Sequence record: MG752970.1
Strand: one strand, 5' to 3'
DNA length: 64,000 nt
The notes below the pieces were generated by a model. That model searched no databases. It was not told the origin of the DNA and saw nothing but the letters and a program-made list of their open reading frames with translations. Of the stretch, positions 48,442 to 57,303 are shown piece after piece. A program made the translations under genes and the position numbers. The number at the start of each line of letters is the position of its first letter. The stretch's first letter is position 1.

Positions 48442-50640
48442 ATGACATTGAAAGTTATGCAGGGATTTGAAACGTGCAGAGACGATTCAGATCTTAGAGC
48501 ACAAAATTGGTTGAAATCACCAACATTAGATTATGCAGGATTTCCTGGAGCAACCACGGCAGTTGGAAATACTGGAATTAAACAGTTTACGGTGGCCAGC
48601 GCTGCCGCTACCGTGGTCGGTAATGCATCGGCTGCGGATCTAGGATATTACAATACGGGTATCACCGTTAATCAGGCATGGACTGCTGGTGGTTTTACAT
48701 TTGGGGCATCCGCGACGTTTTATAGTGGTACTGCAGGTGCCGCAATTGGATCTGCCCTGAGTACCAGCCAATATATGAATCAAATAGTTTTTGATGGAAC
48801 TAGATATTGGTCAATTCAATCAAACCCAACTATACAGGTCGTAACTTCTACCGATTTAATTACCTGGACAGCAACACCATCCCAGCCTGGAGGTTTAACA
48901 GGTACAGCTGGTAATAGTGTGTCATATATGGGCGGCGGTGTAGTGATGGTGATACCTGGTGGAGGTGCGTCAAACATCGTGTATTACACCTCCAATAATG
49001 GATCATCATGGAGCTCGCAGAGTTTTGGTGCGGCAACCGGACCTATTTATGGTGCTGGATGTGCCACTGGTAATTCGACATACCCACATTGCGTAGCGAT
49101 TAACTCATCAAACACATCTTCATGGAACGGAGTGTGGATTGGTACACTTGGTGGAACTATGACGCAGGCTGTATCGCCTGGTGCGTATGCTGCAACTGGT
49201 TTGCTATCACGTCCTAAAATCATAAATGGATACATCATTTGTACGTTGGGAAATAACGGAATATATTCGGCTCTTGCGTCAAGCGCAAGCTTGAATACTA
49301 CCGGCGCGTGGACTAAATGGACCTACACTGGTCAAAACTTGACGGATGTAAACTACTTTCAACCAACAAACGTGTGGATTGTTAGTGGCTATCAGGCAGG
49401 CGTCGTAACAATTCCAAATCTCGGTGGGTCTGGAACACCAACTCCACCAACTACTGGCTCGGGAACTTCGGTGTATGCGAGTCCGATATATGGATTAATA
49501 GTTAGTTCAACGAACGTAACAATGTTACCTGCTGCTACTACAACTGGTAACGTGTCTCTTCTCACATCGACTACCGCGGCGTCCGGAAGTTGGACAAATA
49601 CGTCAAGAATTCTACCGTATCTGGGTGCGAACATCAATGGATTTAAAGAATCGTATTATGATGGAACAAAATGGATAGTTGTTGGTTGGGCAAGTGGAAC
49701 ATCGTCTAGTCAGGTTATTTGCACGACAACCGATGGATTGAACAATTGGCAAACAAAATATATGACGGATGTGGCGCCATCTACGACCGGTGGATTTAGT
49801 GGTCTTGGTGTCTGTGCTGCTACCGCAGCCCCTACTTCTGGATCAGCTTGGACGCAGGTAGGTGGAACTGCATGGCTGAATTGTTCAACTCCTGCATCAA
49901 ATTCTTCCACAATAACGGTGTACACCGCCGCTGGTACGACTGCAGCATTTACGGCCACACAAGCATCAACTACCTTGACACATACATACGAGGTTAAGGC
50001 AACAGCAGTTCCAGGAACTACTAATAGTTTTACTATTACACTTTACATAGATGGAACACTTCAGAGTGGCTCTGCTACGGTCGCAATGGGATCTGGGACA
50101 TCGGATACAACATCATTGCTGATCCTTAATTTACCTAGATCGGGTAACTGGCAGCAATTTGATGATGTGGTGTTTACTCTTGATGATGGATCTGGTATAG
50201 TAGGTCCATTGGGTGTTATGAACATAGTAGCACGAAGACCAACTACTGATACGCAGGCACAATGGACAATCAATGGATCCGCTGTTTCAGATTCTCTGTC
50301 TGTGAATCAATCTGCACTGTCTTCACAGTCTACTAATTACATTTCTACGTTCACTGATGGTGCTAAAGACATTTACACGTCTTCAGATACTCTTCCTACA
50401 AACTATAAACCGATTGCCGTTCAAGTAGAAGGATATTTCGCTAAAGGCGGAACAAATGCTCCAGTTGTAAGTCTGGGAATTCAGAGTGGATCTACTGAAG
50501 TTGATAGCTCAAACTTAACGGTAAATAACTCCACTGCTACTTACCTAAGTCAGATAGTTGAAAAGGATCCGAATGGAAATATCGCGTGGACTACAACTAG
50601 TGTTACAAATTCAAAACTGGTAGTCAACAAGATATCGTAA
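48442..50640 (+). CDS. Putative fibre tip/adhesin, paralogue B
   Basis: AAGGA RBS; colinear full-length similarity to paralogue A. Confidence 0.8.
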   Translation: MTLKVMQGFETCRDDSDLRAQNWLKSPTLDYAGFPGATTAVGNTGIKQFTVASAAATVVGNASAADLGYYNTGITVNQAWTAGGFTFGASATFYSGTAGAAIGSALSTSQYMNQIVFDGTRYWSIQSNPTIQVVTSTDLITWTATPSQPGGLTGTAGNSVSYMGGGVVMVIPGGGASNIVYYTSNNGSSWSSQSFGAATGPIYGAGCATGNSTYPHCVAINSSNTSSWNGVWIGTLGGTMTQAVSPGAYAATGLLSRPKIINGYIICTLGNNGIYSALASSASLNTTGAWTKWTYTGQNLTDVNYFQPTNVWIVSGYQAGVVTIPNLGGSGTPTPPTTGSGTSVYASPIYGLIVSSTNVTMLPAATTTGNVSLLTSTTAASGSWTNTSRILPYLGANINGFKESYYDGTKWIVVGWASGTSSSQVICTTTDGLNNWQTKYMTDVAPSTTGGFSGLGVCAATAAPTSGSAWTQVGGTAWLNCSTPASNSSTITVYTAAGTTAAFTATQASTTLTHTYEVKATAVPGTTNSFTITLYIDGTLQSGSATVAMGSGTSDTTSLLILNLPRSGNWQQFDDVVFTLDDGSGIVGPLGVMNIVARRPTTDTQAQWTINGSAVSDSLSVNQSALSSQSTNYISTFTDGAKDIYTSSDTLPTNYKPIAVQVEGYFAKGGTNAPVVSLGIQSGSTEVDSSNLTVNNSTATYLSQIVEKDPNGNIAWTTTSVTNSKLVVNKIS

Positions 50641-50661
50641 TTCTAGGTATCCTAATACCAC

Positions 50662-50668
50662 ATAAATA
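50662..50668 (+). promoter_or_regulatory. Late promoter box ATAAATA
   Basis: Upstream of lysis cluster. Confidence 0.7.
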
Positions 50669-50701
50669 GCAAGTAAATCTTTTCTATAAATGGAGTTATA
50701 A

Positions 50702-51025
50702 ATGCTTAAAGACTTACTTGCTTTTTATACGGCACATCATAAGGAACTCCAGTTCGTTTTTACAGGTGTTCTAGGAATGATATTCCACTATTACAAAGCG
50801 CTGTGGAGAAATGAAACTGCGGCAACTTTTAAACAGTGGTTCGGTCTTGCAGATCCACATTCAACGTTCATGACATTTGCTGCATTCATCGGGGCGATGT
50901 TTACGGCACTTTCTACAAATGCTCTCGATTCCATGAATTTCTATGGTGTTGCTGTTGCTGGATTTACTGCCGGATTTTCTATAGACTCTGCATTCAACTC
51001 AGTACCGGATAAGAAGATAGCTTAA
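50702..51025 (+). CDS. Putative holin
   Basis: 107 aa, 2-3 TM helices, basic C-terminus, before spanins. Confidence 0.6.
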   Translation: MLKDLLAFYTAHHKELQFVFTGVLGMIFHYYKALWRNETAATFKQWFGLADPHSTFMTFAAFIGAMFTALSTNALDSMNFYGVAVAGFTAGFSIDSAFNSVPDKKIA

Positions 51026-51042
51026 ACTATAAGGAGAAACAT

Positions 51043-51432
51043 ATGGTCTTAGCGGCAATATTAAGAAACTGGAAATTATTCACGGTTTTGGGAATCCTTG
51101 TTGTTCTGTTATCAATTATAGGTGTCTACAAGGTGAAGGCTGACTCGTATATGAAAGATGCCAACACATTGAGAGTTCAAAATGGTCAATTGCAAGAGAA
51201 AATTAATCAGGCAGTCCAGATTAATAAAGAAAATCTGGCAGTAATAGACCAAATGCAGAAGGACGCTAAAACCAAGGATCAAGTGGTTCAAACTCTGAAT
51301 CAAACACTCAGCAAAAACAGGTCGGATCTTCAGAAGCTGCGCGATAATCTATCGCACTCAAAGCCTGAAGATAATGGATCTGTAGCTCCTGTTCTCCGTG
51401 ACGTTATTAGAGGAGTTCAAAATGCGCGCTAA
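51043..51432 (+). CDS. i-spanin (Rz-like)
   Basis: N-terminal TM then coiled coil, overlapping a lipoprotein gene. Confidence 0.8.
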   Translation: MVLAAILRNWKLFTVLGILVVLLSIIGVYKVKADSYMKDANTLRVQNGQLQEKINQAVQINKENLAVIDQMQKDAKTKDQVVQTLNQTLSKNRSDLQKLRDNLSHSKPEDNGSVAPVLRDVIRGVQNAR

Positions 51433-51739
51433 ATTGATCATCTCACTGTTGTCCATTTTCATGATTTCCGGATGTGCTACCACGTCTGACGTTAAGGTGG
51501 TGGAAAAGATTAAATATGTACGTGATGATATTCCAGCTGAAATGCTGACTATCCCACCGCATCAGGCTAATTTAAATGTTGATGATCCAGCTCTAACTCA
51601 GAAGGACGTTGGTATGTGGATTATAAATGAAGCTGATTATTCGACAACTGTTACAAAGATGCTTGAGGCAATTAAGAGCTATCAAGATAAGCGTGATGCT
51701 GACATTGAGAAAATGAATAAAGATCAACAAGGAAAGTAA
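51422..51739 (+). CDS. o-spanin (Rz1-like lipoprotein)
   Basis: MRAKLIISLLSIFMISG-C lipobox; Pro-containing mature part. Confidence 0.8.
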   Translation: MRAKLIISLLSIFMISGCATTSDVKVVEKIKYVRDDIPAEMLTIPPHQANLNVDDPALTQKDVGMWIINEADYSTTVTKMLEAIKSYQDKRDADIEKMNKDQQGK

Positions 51740-53409
51740 TGGGTTGCGTAGCATCAAAGAAAGCCGCAAAGGATGTCTCTGCAAGATGGGCATCCTTTGC
51801 TGTCTCTGACGACGTATATGACAAGGATACGTTTCAGCAGCAAAATGAATGTTCGGAGGGATATTTGGCCCGCGCCGGAGTTCCAGTAGATGAAAGAAAT
51901 GGTGGTGACTTAGCATCCAACCAAATAGAAAATGTTTCTATTCCGGTAAAATGCGATCTATCTGTTGATACCCAGATGAAAATCACCAAGCTTGATTCTC
52001 CATTTACTGGACCAGTAACATGGTCGGCGTTTTTTCCTGATGGAACTACACCATACAGTGGTGATGTGAATGTGGATTCTTCGGGTCGTGTTTCGGGTAC
52101 TTACACCAGGGAATCAACGTACGAGATGCAGATTGTGGCTAAGGATTCAACTGGTCAAGTGATTGATAAAAAGCAATTCAAATTGGTAGCCCAGAAATGC
52201 AAACCTGGTTTGTCAATTAAATTTCAACACCCACTCCCAGGATCAGTATGTACGTCCAAATGTAATCCTAACCGAGTTCACCCTGTTACCGGGCAGGTAA
52301 AACCGCATAAAGGCTGTGATTTTGCGTATCCAGGTGGAGCCACAAAAGATGCTCTTGCATCCGCCGACGGAGAAGTTATTTTTGCCGGCGTGAAGAATGG
52401 CTATGGAAACGTGGTTTACATTGGTCATAAGAATGGTGCTGGAGTTGCATTGTGTGTTACTAAATACGCCCACCTAGAAAAAATATATGTCAAAGTGGGT
52501 GATAGAGTTTACGGCGGTCAGCCTGTTGGTCACGAAGGAAAAACAGGGATTGGCACGGGAAAACACTTGCACTTTGAGATTAGAGGAGGAGACGGACAAG
52601 ATGCAGTTGTGTATGATCCGTTGGAATACATTGATGGAACTCTGACTATTAAAACTGACCCAGCTGCTCAGGCAGCTAATGGTGATGCTGATACTGGAAA
52701 CGCTGATGGCAATGCAACACAGAAGCAAAACAACAACGTTCAATTGACAACGGCAAAAGCTCAATTGCCATGTTCGGGATTTCAGAATAACCAAAATGAT
52801 GGAGCAACTCCTCCAACACAACCAACAGTCAATCCAGGTCTTGGATGTGATTTTGAATCCGCATTTAGATTCACAATGCGTTATGAATGTACTCCTTCAT
52901 TCGACGTGAACGACCCTGATGTTATCGCGGGCAACATTAGCACGCCGGCCGCCGCTCGTAAGTGTGGTTACGTGAACAACCCGTCTGATAAAGGGGGAGT
53001 CACAAAATACGGCGTGGCGCAAAATAGTAACCCACACTATAACGTAGCTTCTCTTAATTTGGATTCTGCTAGAGGAATATTTAAACAGAAATATTGGGAT
53101 GTTGGTGGAGCTGCTCAGCTTCCGTACCCTCTTTGTGTGGTGCATTTCGATACGTGTGTTCTGTTCGGTCCTGCCCGAGCCGTAAAATTTGTCCAACAGG
53201 TTCTTGGTGTTCCTGATACCGGACGAATGGATGCAGCTACAGCTTCAGCTGCAGCAGCCTATGCTGACCAGAATGATTTGAAGAATAAGGTAATACAGAA
53301 GAGAAGAGATTACCATATCAACAGATGCAATGAAAATCCATCTCAGAAAAAATTCCTGAATGGTTGGTTGTCACGTTGCAACAGTCTTCAAAGCTCTTTT
53401 AACGGATAA
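51739..53409 (+). CDS. Multi-domain muralytic protein: Ig-like + M23 peptidase + GH108 muramidase/PG-binding
   Basis: HKGCDF, GYGNVV, YAHL, HLHFE (M23); DKGGVTKYGV and FLNGWLSR (GH108). Confidence 0.88.
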   Translation: MGCVASKKAAKDVSARWASFAVSDDVYDKDTFQQQNECSEGYLARAGVPVDERNGGDLASNQIENVSIPVKCDLSVDTQMKITKLDSPFTGPVTWSAFFPDGTTPYSGDVNVDSSGRVSGTYTRESTYEMQIVAKDSTGQVIDKKQFKLVAQKCKPGLSIKFQHPLPGSVCTSKCNPNRVHPVTGQVKPHKGCDFAYPGGATKDALASADGEVIFAGVKNGYGNVVYIGHKNGAGVALCVTKYAHLEKIYVKVGDRVYGGQPVGHEGKTGIGTGKHLHFEIRGGDGQDAVVYDPLEYIDGTLTIKTDPAAQAANGDADTGNADGNATQKQNNNVQLTTAKAQLPCSGFQNNQNDGATPPTQPTVNPGLGCDFESAFRFTMRYECTPSFDVNDPDVIAGNISTPAAARKCGYVNNPSDKGGVTKYGVAQNSNPHYNVASLNLDSARGIFKQKYWDVGGAAQLPYPLCVVHFDTCVLFGPARAVKFVQQVLGVPDTGRMDAATASAAAAYADQNDLKNKVIQKRRDYHINRCNENPSQKKFLNGWLSRCNSLQSSFNG

Positions 53410-53411
53410 TC

Positions 53412-53699
53412 ATGGCAAAAATAGGAAGATTGGGGGATCCATTTGATGATGGTGACTTTATCGCTCAGGGGAGTGCAAATGTGTTTGTTAACGGACTTCC
53501 CGCGTCAAAAGTCGGAGATATGACTACAGGTCATGAAGATTGGCCACCAGTTGCTATTATTGATGGGGCATCTACGGTTTTTGTAAATGGTGTCCCATTA
53601 GTAAGAGTTGGATCGCATCATGACATACACTGCAATCATGACGACGATTGTCACGATGCAACACTTATTGATGGATCAGATACGGTTAACGTAGAATAA
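53412..53699 (+). CDS. PAAR-domain spike tip protein
   Basis: GRLGD...GSANVFVNGLPASKVGD...H, repeated thrice. Confidence 0.9.
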   Translation: MAKIGRLGDPFDDGDFIAQGSANVFVNGLPASKVGDMTTGHEDWPPVAIIDGASTVFVNGVPLVRVGSHHDIHCNHDDDCHDATLIDGSDTVNVE

Positions 53700-54592
53700 T
53701 GCCAAGAAATCAACAGAAAAATTACACATACGTACCCAACTTTAGATTGAATTCTACTCAACAGATGCCATCGTTTGAGAGTTTTCGTTCTCGCCTAGAA
53801 ATTGGTGGAACTTTTTTCAGATCTAAAGCTATAGGAACAGAAGCAAACAAAATATCTGTCACGTGTACGGTTTCTGGAACCACTTTCACTCTGTTGGTCC
53901 AATCGACTATTTCGGTAAAAAACGTAACATACACCGGTACGGCTACAAAATATGGGGTTAACGTTGTAGCACCGGATACTTCGGTTCCGCAGGATGTTAC
54001 GTTATCTTTCTCTTCTGCCACATCTTTCTCTATGACTGGATCCGTAAGTGGGACAACTGGTCCATTTCAGGTTGGATCTGCAGCTAGAATTGCGGGATGC
54101 ATAGTAACTGTTATTCCTGGATCTTCTCCATTTTCTTCGGGTGACAAGATAAAATTTTCGGTTGTTAAACCTAGGGAAACTTATTCAGCAGACCAATCGG
54201 GAGCTATAGATCCCATTACAGGAGCATTTGTTGGGACTTCTGCTATTCCTGCTATCAGGGCCGCAGTAAATGCTCAAAGTTCTCTGATTGAAATGCCTGA
54301 ACGTGGATACGACTATGTCGATCTGGTAGGAACCGATTCTGGATCTGGCAGAACAGTAGGACGCTCTGGTCCTCTTCTGACCCCAGAAGGTGCTCTTTCC
54401 GTTTTTCCACAGACGCTTCTATATGGGGCTTCAGGCCCTCCATCAAACCCATCTGGTATACAAACCGGCCCCGAGCGAACATTAATCCATTTGAATAGAA
54501 CTGAGAATGACCAGGGAGCTCTGGTTTCTATCGGTAAGGTCCTGGAGTTCGTCGGGTCTTCAGTGTATAATGGCTTCTTCCAGGAGTACTGA
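53699..54592 (+). CDS. Hypothetical structural protein
   Basis: Coupled to PAAR gene. Confidence 0.7.
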   Translation: MPRNQQKNYTYVPNFRLNSTQQMPSFESFRSRLEIGGTFFRSKAIGTEANKISVTCTVSGTTFTLLVQSTISVKNVTYTGTATKYGVNVVAPDTSVPQDVTLSFSSATSFSMTGSVSGTTGPFQVGSAARIAGCIVTVIPGSSPFSSGDKIKFSVVKPRETYSADQSGAIDPITGAFVGTSAIPAIRAAVNAQSSLIEMPERGYDYVDLVGTDSGSGRTVGRSGPLLTPEGALSVFPQTLLYGASGPPSNPSGIQTGPERTLIHLNRTENDQGALVSIGKVLEFVGSSVYNGFFQEY

Positions 54593-54619
54593 AGGTCTCT
54601 GGGGACCTCTGAATCTCTA

Positions 54620-54660
54620 GGATTTTTCACGATATGAAATTTGGGATTTTTCACGATATG
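54620..54660. repeat. 17-bp direct repeat GGATTTTTCACGATATG x2
   Basis: 54620-54636 and 54644-54660, just upstream of a sigma70 promoter. Confidence 0.85.
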
Positions 54661-54672
54661 GTATAAAAACTA

Positions 54673-54701
54673 TGTACATATCGAAAAACCTGACATATAA
54701 T
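54673..54701 (+). promoter_or_regulatory. Sigma70-type early promoter
   Basis: TGTACA-17 nt-TATAAT, A-rich upstream. Confidence 0.7.
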
Positions 54702-54775
54702 ATCTCATACTTTGAATATTTCGAAACACCGAAGATTCAAGTAAAACTAATAAATCCAGAAACGGAGAAGTTAAA

Positions 54776-56161
54776 ATGGCAAAAGCAACCCTGACCTACA
54801 ACGCAGCTACCGATAAGTGGGAAGCAAAGTACAACGGTGTTGTTATCATCAAGGGTGGTTCCCGTCAATATGTTGAAAACGCTGTGAACAGCGGTTTGAA
54901 CACGAAGTGCAAGAAGCTGGGTATCGACGGTTTCCTCTCTGATGAAGTTGCTCACGAAGATATCCGCGATTCCATCTCTGAAATGTTCGGTGTTACTGAA
55001 CGTTTTGAAATGCTGAATACGCTGGCTACGATGATCGCCAACGACAAGGCAAAATCGCTGATTGTTACTGGTACTGGTGGTCTCGGCAAAACGCACATGA
55101 TTCTCGAGGCCATGCGAGCTGCAGGTCTTCAATCTGCAGACGAAGCTCCGAAGTTTGATGCAACGGTTCTCTTCCCGAAGGAATGTGAAGAACTTCGGAA
55201 AGCCGTTCATGCAGCCATCGACAAGGCAAATGCATTCTATGCAGAACGCCGTGAAGAGCTGGAAGAAGAAAACGAAGATAATCCGGATTTCGAACATAAG
55301 CTTGCTGAAATCGATCTTGAGTATCCTAACATCGAGTTTAACAATCTCGATCATGGTAAGATTCTTGGTACAGCTCACTATGCTTCGAACACGATCTCCT
55401 TCAACTTCGCGGCATACTTGCACAACCCGAGCGCCTTCATCAATGTGGTAGCTCCCCACGAAGTTTCTCACTTGGTTGTGGATGCACTTTACGCTGACGC
55501 TGACAAGCATCCCAAGGCACACGGCAAGGAATTCCGGAAGGTGATGCAGGAATGCTTCGACCTGGACGGTTCGGCTACCACGCCCGTTGGTGATATGAGC
55601 TACGTGCATACGAATGAAACCTGGAAGAATCCTGGTGACTACACCATGATCAAGGGTTATTCGACTGCTAAGGGTCTCTATAAGGCTCTGTATGCCAATC
55701 GCAACAAGATCGTGATTCTCGATGACTGCGACTCGGTTTGGAAGGATGCGGTGTCGCTGAACATCATGAAGGCAGCTCTGGATTCCTACGACAAGCGGAT
55801 CGTCTCCTGGAATGCAGACATTGATGACATGCCTACCTCGTTCGAGTTCACCGGCCGAATGATCTTCATCTCCAACCTGAGCCAGAATGATCTGTCGCAG
55901 GCAGTTAAGTCCCGTAGCCTGCGTGTTGATCTCTCTATGACGACTCTGGAAAAGATCGAGCGCATGGAACACCTGGTTGAATCCGAAGAGTTCATGGCTG
56001 AGGTTCCGAAGAACATCAAGCGTGAAGCGATGGCCTTCATGAAGGAGCATGCAGCTCAAGCAACGGACCTGAACATCCGTACTCTCATGTCGGTGATCAC
56101 TCTCCGCATGGGTGCTCCTAAGTCGTGGACCCGCCTGGCTCTGTACACGATCACCGCGTAA
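54776..56161 (+). CDS. AAA-type ATPase with inserted SprT-like Zn metalloprotease
   Basis: Walker A GTGGLGKT, HEVSH and HGKEF (SprT), Walker B ILDDCD, IFISN, SRS. Confidence 0.85.
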   Translation: MAKATLTYNAATDKWEAKYNGVVIIKGGSRQYVENAVNSGLNTKCKKLGIDGFLSDEVAHEDIRDSISEMFGVTERFEMLNTLATMIANDKAKSLIVTGTGGLGKTHMILEAMRAAGLQSADEAPKFDATVLFPKECEELRKAVHAAIDKANAFYAERREELEEENEDNPDFEHKLAEIDLEYPNIEFNNLDHGKILGTAHYASNTISFNFAAYLHNPSAFINVVAPHEVSHLVVDALYADADKHPKAHGKEFRKVMQECFDLDGSATTPVGDMSYVHTNETWKNPGDYTMIKGYSTAKGLYKALYANRNKIVILDDCDSVWKDAVSLNIMKAALDSYDKRIVSWNADIDDMPTSFEFTGRMIFISNLSQNDLSQAVKSRSLRVDLSMTTLEKIERMEHLVESEEFMAEVPKNIKREAMAFMKEHAAQATDLNIRTLMSVITLRMGAPKSWTRLALYTITA

Positions 56162-56165
56162 GTAA

Positions 56166-56192
56166 AAGGAGAGTCCTAGGACTCTCCTTGTT
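56166..56192. terminator. Bidirectional terminator
   Basis: 24-bp perfect palindrome AAGGAGAGTCCTAGGACTCTCCTT between convergent genes. Confidence 0.85.
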
Positions 56193-56212
56193 GCAGATTT
56201 CTCCGTGTGAGA

Positions 56213-56485
56213 TTAGATAATTGCCATAATCTCACTTTCACGGGCTAGATAAACGTCTAGCCCGTTTATTTTTGTCTTCTTGGCGTCGGTGTGGTGAATC
56301 AGAATCGAGTCACCAACTTTGACGTCCATCGGAAATTCCTTTCCAGGTCCTGTCTGGATTACGTGTCCAGTTAGGATTTCTTCTCCTTGTTGCTGCATGA
56401 CAACAATTCCTGCTACTTCTCGTTGAGAAGTGTCTGCAACCGTAAATGCTACATAGTCATCTAACAGGGTGATAGTTTCGGTCAT
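56213..56485 (-). CDS. GroES-like co-chaperonin
   Basis: LLDDYV, mobile loop AGIVV, GHVIQTGPG, VKVGDSIL, ESEIMAII. Confidence 0.88.
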   Translation of the reverse strand: MTETITLLDDYVAFTVADTSQREVAGIVVMQQQGEEILTGHVIQTGPGKEFPMDVKVGDSILIHHTDAKKTKINGLDVYLARESEIMAII

Positions 56486-56627
56486 CTCTGGGTCTCTCAG
56501 TTGAATTTGAATTGGGAAGACATATGGAACTACATCTTCACTGGTTGATCATCTCTGGTGACCTCTGGTGAGGTCAGAATTGTATCGATTATCATCTCGG
56601 ATCTATCAGAGAGGCTCAGAGATGACC
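56480..56627 (-). promoter_or_regulatory. Structured leader closing over the GroES start codon
   Basis: 11-bp inverted repeat 56480-56490/56617-56627 includes the ATG; internal hairpin 56559-56576. Confidence 0.55.
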
Positions 56628-56643
56628 AATCAATGCGGTTGTA

Positions 56644-57294
56644 TTACTCTATGTGATCAGAGAACCAGTCCTTCCAGGTTCCTGGAAAATTAGCTGGATC
56701 GTACAGATACATATCTTGAGCTGTGATATTTATGCGAGCTTGGAGGAGTGTTCCAACCTTGACGTTGGAAATTGAGGTAATGAAGTGAGGTCCTGCTGGA
56801 TAGATAATTAGTGATCCTCTCTGAGGAACTAAACTAAAATTGAAATACGGTGCTGGAAATTCAAGCTTGCCACCGAATACTTCGTATCTCAGATCAATAG
56901 GGGTTTCATTTTGATAATCTGACAGCCATAGAATAGCCGTCAAATCTACGTCTTTGACTTTGACCCATTTTCTTTTTAGATACACCGCATTTTCGCAACC
57001 CGGCGGCTGACAATGGGATTTCATTCCCTCATGAAATCCCTCGAATTTAACTTTCTCTATACTTTTGATCTTAAGACCATATCTGGTTTCTATATCAGGA
57101 ACCAAACCTTCCAGTTGATCCACGATGATCGATTCGGCATCATCATGGGTCTTTTCCATTTTTACTGGAAAACCAGCAGCATCTCTGTCAACATGGTTAA
57201 ATTTCACCATCGTGGAGATTTGATCGCACCATTTAGGTGACAAAAAGTCATTGATCACCATAAATGGCGACTTCGCCGGTTTTTTCCCGCTCAT
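56644..57294 (-). CDS. 2OG-Fe(II) oxygenase-fold protein, apparently degenerate
   Basis: DLTAILWLSDY, FGGKLEF, PQRGSLIIYP; canonical HxD...H not evident. Confidence 0.7.
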   Translation of the reverse strand: MSGKKPAKSPFMVINDFLSPKWCDQISTMVKFNHVDRDAAGFPVKMEKTHDDAESIIVDQLEGLVPDIETRYGLKIKSIEKVKFEGFHEGMKSHCQPPGCENAVYLKRKWVKVKDVDLTAILWLSDYQNETPIDLRYEVFGGKLEFPAPYFNFSLVPQRGSLIIYPAGPHFITSISNVKVGTLLQARINITAQDMYLYDPANFPGTWKDWFSDHIE

Positions 57295-57303
57295 TGAATC
57301 CTC

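Noticed and set aside
45977-50640. Diversity-generating retroelement template/variable repeat pair
   Set aside because: Differences between paralogues are spread over all bases and largely synonymous, not adenine-specific; no reverse transcriptase in window
51739-51770. MGCVAS N-terminus resembling eukaryotic myristoylation/palmitoylation signal
   Set aside because: No eukaryotic context; short motif expected by chance
54737-56059. 440-aa antisense ORF opposite the AAA-SprT gene
   Set aside because: Shadow of biased codon usage on the sense strand; no motifs or RBS. Same reasoning for other antisense ORFs in capsid and fibre genes
56241-56264. 9-bp hairpin inside the GroES gene
   Set aside because: Within coding sequence near a real terminator; no evidence of separate function
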